Source of the DNA: an uncultured Nitrososphaerales archaeon
GTDB lineage: Archaea; Thermoproteota; Nitrososphaeria; Nitrososphaerales; Nitrosocaldaceae
Reading direction: 5' to 3'
NCBI GenBank assembly: GCA_938030895.1
Contig: CALHIV010000006.1
Coordinates: forward strand, 56,722 to 88,721
Length of the DNA: 32,000 bases
The notes beneath the pieces are model-generated. The model did no database searches. It was not told the origin of the DNA and worked only from the letters and a program-made list of their open reading frames with translations. The number at the start of each line of letters is the position of its first letter. Within the stretch, counting starts at the first letter, position 1. Below, one piece after another: positions 8,623-15,252 of this stretch. The position numbers and the translations under genes are program-made.

Positions 8623-9876
8623 ATGCCAGATATAAATCCGTTCGAGAATGCACTGAAGCAGCTTGATGAGGCAGCAAGGATAATACATCTTGATGAAGGG
8701 ATGCATGAGGTACTCAAGACACCGAAGAGAGTGCTTACAGTCTCAATACCGGTGAAGATGGATGATGGCAGAGTCAAGGTCTTCATAGGGCATAGGGTAC
8801 AGCATAACGATGCAAGAGGTCCATACAAAGGTGGCATAAGGTACCATCCCCAAGTTACACTCGACGAGGTCAAAGCACTAGCCATGTGGATGACGTGGAA
8901 GTGTGCAATAGTAGATGTGCCGTTTGGAGGGGGTAAGGGAGGTATAGTCTGTGATCCAAAAAATATGAGCGAGGGTGAGTTGGAGAGGTTAACGAGGAGG
9001 TATGCCTACATGATCTCTGACATAATAGGACCTTACGTGGATATACCTGCTCCAGATGTCTATACAGGACCAAAAGAGATGGCGTGGATAATGGATACGT
9101 ATAGTGCATTGAAGGGTAGCATAAGCCCAGGTGTAATAACAGGAAAGCCATTGAATATAGGAGGTTCTAAGGGTAGAGTAGAAGCAACAGGTTTAGGGCT
9201 TGCATTCTGTGTGAGAGAGGGTGCAAAGAGACTCAACATCGATCTAAAGGGTTCACGGGTTGCCATACAAGGGTTTGGTAATGCAGGAACGTATGCAGCA
9301 AGGTTCCTTAAACAGATGGGTGCAAGTATAATAGCCGTTAGTGATTCAAAGGGAGGAGTATACTACGATGGAGGCGATGGGTTGGAGGTTGAAGCCCTAA
9401 TAGAGTACAAGAATAAGACTGGTATGGTTAAGGGGTTCAAGGATACAAGGGAGATAACCAATAAGGAGTTGTTAGAACTAGAGTGTGATATACTTGTGCC
9501 AGCAGCATATGAGAATCAGATAACAGGGGATAATGCTGCTAACATAAAGGCAAAGATGGTCGCAGAGGCTGCCAATGGCCCAACAACCCCTGAAGCTGAT
9601 GAGATACTCTACAAGAAGGGCAAGGTGGTAATACCAGATATACTTGCAAATGCAGGAGGCGTAACAGTGAGTTACTTTGAATGGGTACAGAACCTAACAA
9701 GAGATTATTGGAGCTATGATAAGGTATATAGCATGCTTGAAGGTAAGATGACCACAGCATTCAATGATGTTTATAGAACAGCAGAGGAGTACAAGGTTGA
9801 TATGCGTAAGGGTAGCATGGTGCTTGCAGTTAGCAGGGTAGTAGATGCAATTAAGGCTAGGGGTATATGGCCATAG
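8623..9876 (+). CDS. gdhA: Glutamate dehydrogenase
   Basis: 417-aa ORF with KGGIRYHP, PFGGGKGG and the GFGNAGTYAARFL dinucleotide fold. Confidence 0.92.
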   Translation: MPDINPFENALKQLDEAARIIHLDEGMHEVLKTPKRVLTVSIPVKMDDGRVKVFIGHRVQHNDARGPYKGGIRYHPQVTLDEVKALAMWMTWKCAIVDVPFGGGKGGIVCDPKNMSEGELERLTRRYAYMISDIIGPYVDIPAPDVYTGPKEMAWIMDTYSALKGSISPGVITGKPLNIGGSKGRVEATGLGLAFCVREGAKRLNIDLKGSRVAIQGFGNAGTYAARFLKQMGASIIAVSDSKGGVYYDGGDGLEVEALIEYKNKTGMVKGFKDTREITNKELLELECDILVPAAYENQITGDNAANIKAKMVAEAANGPTTPEADEILYKKGKVVIPDILANAGGVTVSYFEWVQNLTRDYWSYDKVYSMLEGKMTTAFNDVYRTAEEYKVDMRKGSMVLAVSRVVDAIKARGIWP

Positions 9877-10030
9877 TCATAAACTATCATAAACATCTAT
9901 ACGTACATCAATTTAATTATTTTTAGCAGTTTGTGATTATAGCATTAATAGCATCGTCAACACTACACCAAAGGTTTCGTGCTTGATATGCTCAATATCT
10001 ATCTATATCTATATACAGTAATTTAGGATG

Positions 10031-10074
10031 ATTTTATAACCGTTGTCGGATAGTTAACATTTTATAACTATCCG
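10031..10074 (+). promoter_or_regulatory. Duplicated attttataac box (10031-10040 and 10059-10068) interleaved with a perfect 10-bp inverted repeat cggatagtta/taactatccg (10047-10056 / 10065-10074)
   Basis: Read directly. Each TTTTATAA resembles an archaeal TATA box and is followed by ccgtt. The downstream box lies about 25 bp before the GC-rich element. Confidence 0.4.
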
Positions 10075-10075
10075 T

Positions 10076-10307
10076 TCCCCCTCAGCCTTGAAGGCATTAG
10101 GTGGCTTTCGCCGCCAACGGTGAAGGACGGCACATCGGGAGTTTCATGGCTATGGCTATATTCCAAGCGGACAGGCACTTAGCCGCTTGCAAGCCACACT
10201 TTCTACACTTAAAGGTGTGCCCATTCGGCTTACTCTACTCAATTCGCCACATATCGGGCACTTACCTACTCATATAGGTACATGGGGATGTAGTATAGAA
10301 GGGTTTT
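10076..10307 (+). ncRNA. Candidate structured non-coding RNA of unknown class (strand and ends are tentative)
   Basis: A GC-rich island sits inside an AT-rich, ORF-free 650-bp gap. It holds at least six complementary stem pairs, a terminal closing helix at 10076-10080/10284-10288, an upstream TATA-like box and a downstream T4 run (10304-10307). Confidence 0.4.
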
Positions 10308-10525
10308 GATTGATTGGTTGGTTGATTACTTGCTAGTGATGAGCAAGTCTCCATACGAGTTTTACTCTGTTTGGTGTAGAATTAAGAAAGAAGAGGGCTA
10401 GTTACCTTTCACAGGCTTAACTACACTAAGCGTCAACATCTTTTCAACCATCATATAAAGAAATTGTAAGAATTGTTATACAAAATTATCTATTCAGGAA
10501 CTGCGCACCTTACCCCATTCCATGA

Positions 10526-11047
10526 TCATATGTTCACATCGCCAAAGTCTCCCCAGTCCCAGCCTCCTCCCTCTCCAGTCTCTCCCATATCCCCTCCAGC
10601 CCCAGGCAACTGCTCTGGCATATAATCCTGTTGAGCAAGGTTCATCATGTTGAGCATGGTCATCCACATCATCATATCCATTATACCCATAAACAACATT
10701 ATAGGTATCCAACTCTTCATAGATAATGCTTCCTTCTCGAACTCCTGCCTCTTCCCTTGTTCAGCGAGCATGACCATCCTCTGCCACTTCTGCTCCAACT
10801 CAAACCTGCGCTCCTGCAACTCCCTATCGCCCTTCTCTGTGATTGTTAACTCAACCTTCCTTCTACCCAAGAGTCCTTTCTTCTCCCTCTTTACTATAAG
10901 ACCATGTAGGATCAACCTCTCAACTATCATAGCAACATCGAATGCTGATAACCCTGTAGCCTTGGCTATCTTCTCCTCTGTATTATAGCCCTTGGCTATA
11001 GCACTTAACACCATAACATCCTTTGGCTCCTCCTCTGAACCAACCAT
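10526..11047 (-). CDS. Winged-helix (MarR/PadR-like) DNA-binding protein with coiled coil, Met-rich hydrophobic segment and acidic Gly-rich tail
   Basis: 173-aa ORF. The N-terminus has an HTH-like pattern (EEKIAKATGLSAFDVAMIVERLILHGLIVKREKKG). This is followed by a charged helix, then WIPIMLFMGIMDMMMWMTMLNMMNL, then GAGGDMGETGEGGGWDWGDFGD. Confidence 0.55.
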   Translation of the reverse strand: MVGSEEEPKDVMVLSAIAKGYNTEEKIAKATGLSAFDVAMIVERLILHGLIVKREKKGLLGRRKVELTITEKGDRELQERRFELEQKWQRMVMLAEQGKRQEFEKEALSMKSWIPIMLFMGIMDMMMWMTMLNMMNLAQQDYMPEQLPGAGGDMGETGEGGGWDWGDFGDVNI

Positions 11048-11196
11048 GTATATAAGTTATATGATCCCATTAATAGGCTTTATCCTTAGAGGATATCATA
11101 TATCATATATCGTATATAATATATAATAAAAAGTAGGAATAAAAAGTAGGATAGATGCGATGGTATAAAGGTATGGGATGAGAGAATCCTACAGAT

Positions 11197-11544
11197 CTAC
11201 TCTGTACTGAATGAGTGCCCACAAGCACAGGTTCTTACAACGTTTGGATTATTTATCTTGAAGCCAGCACCCATGAGGCTCTCTATATAGTCTATCTCGC
11301 TACCCTTCAGGTAGTTGGAGCTGTAGAAGTCTACAAGTATCTTAACACCATACTCCTCCAACATTATATCATCCTCAGAGGGCTTCTCCTCGAACCCCAT
11401 CCCGTATGAGAGACCGGCACAACCACCACCAGCAACATAGACCCTGAGGTATAGATCCTCCCTACCCTCCTGCTTCATGAACTCCTTCACCTTCTCAGCG
11501 GCCTTTGGCGTTAGTGCTATCAACCTCCCAACACTCTTTTCCAT
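11197..11544 (-). CDS. Fe-S cluster assembly/carrier protein, HesB/IscA family
   Basis: Contains GGGCAGLSYGMGF and the C-terminal CACGHSF signature. I prefer the ATG at 11544 (MEKSVGRLIALTPKAAEKVKEF) over the ORF-track start at 11613. Confidence 0.85.
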   Translation of the reverse strand: MEKSVGRLIALTPKAAEKVKEFMKQEGREDLYLRVYVAGGGCAGLSYGMGFEEKPSEDDIMLEEYGVKILVDFYSSNYLKGSEIDYIESLMGAGFKINNPNVVRTCACGHSFSTE

Positions 11545-11646
11545 ATCCTCACTATGCTTATACAATATAATAAGCTTTACTTTACAAGTGGTAGAGAAAA
11601 ATAATGATGGCATGGGTTATTGCATTGGTTGCTACCAACTACATTG

Positions 11647-12420
11647 CTACTTCTTCTGCAGGAACCTTGTCATCCTCTCTACTCTATCTGGGTGTGTGAA
11701 GCATAGACTCCAGCCCCATAGCTCTAGTGCAAGTCCAGTGCTTATATCACTCTCTAACCCTCTGTTTATAAGCATCTTGGATACCCTTACTGCTAGTGCA
11801 CTATTCTTTGCTATCTCCTTTGCCATAGCAACAGACTCGTCCAAGAGCTGTGGTAACTCCACGACCTTGTTAACCAACCCTATACTCAATGCCTCTTCAG
11901 CATTAACCCTTCTGCCAGTGAATATCAGCTCCTTTGCCTTCGATACGCCAACTATCCTTGCAAGTCTCTGTGTACCACCCCAGCCTGGGCATATACCCAG
12001 CCCAACCTCCGGCTGTGCTAGTATAGCGTTCTTACTTGCTATCCTTATATCACAGGCCAATGCTAGTTCGCATCCTCCTCCTAGAGCATAGCCGTTAACT
12101 GCTGCTATAACAGGCTTGTTGAGGTTCTCTACCTTGCTCATCGCTGCATGGCCCCTTTTAGCATACTCTTCAGCTTCTAGAGGGGATATCTTGCTCATGT
12201 ACTCTATATCTGCTCCAGCAGAGAATGCCTTCTCACCAGTACCAGTTATTATAACTGCCCTTATCTGCTCATCGTCAGCAAGGTCATCCATCGCACTGCT
12301 CAGTTGTGCTATAACATCAAGGTTCATTGCATTCAACTTCTCTGCCCTGTTTATCCTTACAACTGCTATACCATCATCCCTCTTCTCCACGAGTATGTAC
12401 TGTTGCTGCTGTGGTGCCAT
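11647..12420 (-). CDS. Enoyl-CoA hydratase/crotonase family protein
   Basis: Crotonase-fold motifs are present: ITGTGEKAFSAGADI, AAVNGYALGGGCELALACDIRIAS, PEVGLGICPGWGGTQRL. The ATG at 12420 has a tttatttg box about 28 bp upstream. Confidence 0.85.
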   Translation of the reverse strand: MAPQQQQYILVEKRDDGIAVVRINRAEKLNAMNLDVIAQLSSAMDDLADDEQIRAVIITGTGEKAFSAGADIEYMSKISPLEAEEYAKRGHAAMSKVENLNKPVIAAVNGYALGGGCELALACDIRIASKNAILAQPEVGLGICPGWGGTQRLARIVGVSKAKELIFTGRRVNAEEALSIGLVNKVVELPQLLDESVAMAKEIAKNSALAVRVSKMLINRGLESDISTGLALELWGWSLCFTHPDRVERMTRFLQKK

Positions 12421-12466
12421 GCATATGGAATATATGATAAGCAAATAAACTTTGCACTTGATGATA

Positions 12467-13480
12467 TTATACTGGTATAGGGGTTATGGGGAATGCACCA
12501 CATACCCTGCAGAACCTTGCATCACTGCTCACATATGCGTTGCATTCACTACACCTTGCATTACCTATACCACTGCTACTACCACCACTGCTAGAATCCA
12601 TTAGGTACGGTGCACCGAACATACCCCTGTATATCTCATAGTAGTAGAGGTGCTCCTTGCTCCTTATCCTAACCCTGTCTCTATCAAGGTACTCCTTGCT
12701 CCTTCTGGCAAGGTACTCATCACTAACAAGAGAGGCAAGATAGTTACTCAATATACTTGTATTAGCCCCCTGCTCCATAGGCATCTTAACCCTCCATGCT
12801 ATATCCTTGCCTATTATATGCTCAAAGCATGATCTCAATACGAACTTCCCATACCTCTTACCCTCATATTCGTTAACCTTCAACTCTACCGGTATGCTCT
12901 TAGCATAGTCCAATAAGTCCAGATAAGGTAATGATACGCTCATGCCAAGATCATCTGCTATTGCTAGAGAAGAGAAGTGCATTATCCTCTCAAGCCTAGT
13001 AAGTTCATACTCCAACTGCTCACGGCTCATTCTAAGCATATATGAGTAGCCAGCGAATATCTCATCGCATCCATCCCCTGTAATAACATGCAAGCAGTAC
13101 TCCTTCAACTCCTTCATTGCAAGGTAGAGTACTATAGAGTTCCTAACCTCCATTGGGTCGAATGAGCGCATTATTCTAATAATCTCTCTTACTGCATAGA
13201 GCATCTCATCTATGCTAACGTGCTTGATGAGCAGCCTCATCCTGAATCTATCTGCTACAATCCTAGCATACTTTGTATCTTGGGCATCCCCATGGCCTAT
13301 ACATAATGCAAGTACCTCGCTCATACTACTGGATGAGAGTGCAGCAAGTATACTGCTATCCAAGCCTCCAGAGAGGAGTATTCCTACACTAGAGGTGCTT
13401 ATAGTATGCTTATACACTATACCCCTAAGCATCTCCTCCAGCCTGTTACAGATAGCATCGTTATCTGTACCTGAAGGCAT
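12467..13480 (-). CDS. Asparagine-synthase-domain (PP-loop ATP pyrophosphatase) protein without a glutaminase domain, with a C-terminal zinc ribbon
   Basis: 337-aa ORF with the SGGLDSS PP-loop, ITGDGCDEIFAGYSYM (AsnB C-domain signature) and the C-terminal RCSECNAYVSSDARFCRVCG. Confidence 0.75.
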   Translation of the reverse strand: MPSGTDNDAICNRLEEMLRGIVYKHTISTSSVGILLSGGLDSSILAALSSSSMSEVLALCIGHGDAQDTKYARIVADRFRMRLLIKHVSIDEMLYAVREIIRIMRSFDPMEVRNSIVLYLAMKELKEYCLHVITGDGCDEIFAGYSYMLRMSREQLEYELTRLERIMHFSSLAIADDLGMSVSLPYLDLLDYAKSIPVELKVNEYEGKRYGKFVLRSCFEHIIGKDIAWRVKMPMEQGANTSILSNYLASLVSDEYLARRSKEYLDRDRVRIRSKEHLYYYEIYRGMFGAPYLMDSSSGGSSSGIGNARCSECNAYVSSDARFCRVCGAFPITPIPV

Positions 13481-13498
13481 GAGATAGCATAGAGGAAT

Positions 13499-13510
13499 AT
13501 TTATATAAAT
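13499..13510. promoter_or_regulatory. 12-bp perfect palindrome atttatataaat, a candidate bidirectional TATA box
   Basis: It is exactly centred in the 48-bp spacer, with 18 bp on each side. Its centre is 24.5 bp from both the minus-strand ATG (13480) and the plus-strand ATG (13529). Confidence 0.45.
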
Positions 13511-13528
13511 TGTGGAGAGATAGTTGAT

Positions 13529-13933
13529 ATGCTACTCCCCTCAGAGATAGAGTCGAGGTCACTGATCCCTGCAATAAGGGCTATAATATCTAGGAGGTTG
13601 GTGAATGAGTATAACATGAAGGAGGAGGATGTTGCAAAACTCTTGGGTATAACACAGGCTGCTGTGAGCAACTATATAAGGGGTACTAGGGGTGATGCAG
13701 AGCTTGCAAAGAGACTCCTGAACGAGCCTAGCGTGGTTAGGAGGATAGATGAGATAAGCAAGGATCTAGCCATGAACAGGGCATTCATGCCATCTACCAT
13801 GGCAAAGTACATAGGCCTGCTGAACTACATAAGGCATAGCCTACTCATATGCGATATACACCATGCAATAGAGAAGAGTATAGACAAGGATATATGCAAA
13901 GCATGTGAGGATACTCTAAGGGAAGGAATGTGA
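13529..13933 (+). CDS. HTH transcriptional regulator (XRE-like HTH; archaeal 'predicted regulator' type) with a C-terminal Cys/His cluster
   Basis: 134-aa ORF. EEDVAKLLGITQAAVSNYIRGTRG is a classic HTH. The C-terminus carries CDIHH...CKAC. Confidence 0.65.
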   Translation: MLLPSEIESRSLIPAIRAIISRRLVNEYNMKEEDVAKLLGITQAAVSNYIRGTRGDAELAKRLLNEPSVVRRIDEISKDLAMNRAFMPSTMAKYIGLLNYIRHSLLICDIHHAIEKSIDKDICKACEDTLREGM

Positions 13934-14012
13934 GCCTAACCTTGATTTATTACTGGAGTCTGACCGATCGGGATTGGTGTGGAGGATTGATTATCAATCT
14001 GGGAGAATGAGC

Positions 14013-14101
14013 TGGTTAGATGGATATCCTGAATCAATGCTGTGAAAGGCATCATTGAGAGTCCAACTTACGATAAGTTGGTTAGATGGATATCCTGAAT
14101 C
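14013..14101. repeat. Perfect 23-bp direct repeat tggttagatggatatcctgaatc (14013-14035 and 14079-14101)
   Basis: Read directly. The second copy encodes the last six codons plus the stop (GFRISI*) of the minus-strand gene 14082-14579. The first copy lies 43 bp downstream of that stop. Confidence 0.9.
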
Positions 14102-14579
14102 CCCTTCTGAAGAGAAGGAAGAAGAGTATGAATGGTACTAGTATAACTAGCAGTATCATCAGTGTTAATATACCAGCATCCTGCACAAGTATAAGGAATG
14201 GGAAGGGGAAGATCACAACAACACCACCTCCCCCTCTACTACCCTCTATACCACTAGACCCATCCCTCTGTCCGATCTGGTTGAGTGTATCTACCATGCC
14301 CATCGATGCATAAGAGATCAGGATCATGCCTACGATGACCACGGTTATGCCGATGAGTAGCATGGGTATATTCGCTATATCCCTTAACGCTGTGTACCCT
14401 ATCCTGAAACTACTCCCTTCACCTCTAACATCATCCATACTCGTATCATGCATATGCATTAAACATCTCTTGCATATACCATCTTCATTCATGCAGATGG
14501 AGCATACTGGCCTTTTGCACATACTACAGTAATCAACAGCGATCCCATCACATATACTACATCTAACCCTCTGGCTCAT
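14082..14579 (-). CDS. Membrane protein: N-terminal 4 x CxxC zinc-finger fused to a DUF131-like two-TM module
   Basis: 165-aa ORF. RCSICDGIAVDYCSMCKRPVCSICMNEDGICKRC is followed by a TM helix, a Gly-rich loop (SRGGGGVVVIFPFPFLIL) and a second TM helix. This part is paralogous in layout to the upstream 75-aa protein. Confidence 0.55.
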   Translation of the reverse strand: MSQRVRCSICDGIAVDYCSMCKRPVCSICMNEDGICKRCLMHMHDTSMDDVRGEGSSFRIGYTALRDIANIPMLLIGITVVIVGMILISYASMGMVDTLNQIGQRDGSSGIEGSRGGGGVVVIFPFPFLILVQDAGILTLMILLVILVPFILFFLLFRRGFRISI

Positions 14580-14803
14580 CTCATACCCACCATGAATAGG
14601 ATGAGCATTATGAGTATAGCGATTGGTAATATAACTAGTAAGGATCTCGAACCCTGCCAGACTATGGGTATAGGGCCTAGGAGTATGAACCCTACAGATC
14701 TACCCCTAGAGCCTGCTACTCTAGTAACTAGGGAGAATGTTATTATCAGCATGCCTACTAACACCAGCGCAGAACCTATCATCATCAATAGCTTTGCGTC
14801 CAT
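14576..14803 (-). CDS. Small two-TM membrane protein, DUF131/TIGR00304-like
   Basis: 75-aa ORF with the central motif GFILLGPIPIVWQGS between two hydrophobic helices. Its stop overlaps the next gene's start (ATGA at 14579-14576). Confidence 0.55.
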   Translation of the reverse strand: MDAKLLMMIGSALVLVGMLIITFSLVTRVAGSRGRSVGFILLGPIPIVWQGSRSLLVILPIAILIMLILFMVGMR

Positions 14804-14851
14804 AGCATTATAGATTAAGTTAATCTACTATTTATTACTAATCCAAGTACC

Positions 14852-14856
14852 AAAAA
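14852..14856 (-). terminator. T5 run (minus strand) about 25 nt after the eL30 stop; candidate end of the RNAP operon transcript
   Basis: Plus-strand caaaaataaa at 14851-14860. Archaeal termination typically uses oligo-T tracts. Confidence 0.35.
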
Positions 14857-14880
14857 TAAAGTGTGTATTACCAACCAGGT

Positions 14881-15222
14881 TCAGGGCTGTGCTTCCCTTC
14901 TTCCCGTTGCCTCTTCAGCGCCTACCCCTCCCTCTGCCATCAGAGCATCCAGATCCTCTCTGCTTACATCCTCGACCGATACCACTGATACCCTGAAGGG
15001 TTTACCACAGAGCCTCCCCAACTCTAGAGAGTTCTTATCTATCTTGTATATGTAGACTGAAGTGCTACTGCTACTTATCTTATCCATCACATCCCTGCGA
15101 ATAGATCTGGAGCATATGATCAGTTTAGCATTCCCTATACCCTTCAGTACCTCTCTGCTACCTATCCTACATGCACTATTTGCCATCGCATTCCTAACTA
15201 TCTTTGCTACTAGCCTACTCAT
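14881..15222 (-). CDS. rpl30e: 50S ribosomal protein eL30
   Basis: 113-aa ORF containing SLELGRLCGKPFRVSVVSV, in the canonical position immediately downstream of rpoA. Confidence 0.85.
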   Translation of the reverse strand: MSRLVAKIVRNAMANSACRIGSREVLKGIGNAKLIICSRSIRRDVMDKISSSSTSVYIYKIDKNSLELGRLCGKPFRVSVVSVEDVSREDLDALMAEGGVGAEEATGRREAQP

Positions 15223-15252
15223 CTTCCCCCTTCCTCCATACCTCTCTCCTCC

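Noticed and set aside
10076-10307. Attempts to assign the GC-rich element to tRNA, 5S rRNA, SRP RNA or RNase P RNA
   Set aside because: There is no T-arm/D-arm pattern for a tRNA. There is no helix-8 GNAR...AGCA motif for SRP RNA. Plus-strand cattcggcttac resembles the CGGCUUA of RNase P CR-V, but no matching GAGGAAAGUCC/P4 partner or ACAGAA exists at sensible spacing on either strand. Minus-strand gugcccgau...guaagcc loosely resembles the 5S helix II/III region, but no helix I and no correct-length loop C can be formed. The element is kept only as 'unknown class'.
10494-10712. 72-aa minus-strand ORF overlapping the 3' end of the wHTH gene in another frame
   Set aside because: It is Gly/Arg/Trp-rich as a consequence of the GC-rich acidic-tail coding region. 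The wHTH frame is continuous and coherent.
11477-12448. Plus-strand ORFs 11477-12091 and 12116-12448
   Set aside because: They are antisense to the crotonase-family gene, which has unambiguous motifs. Their translations are low-information and Ser/Leu/Ala-rich.
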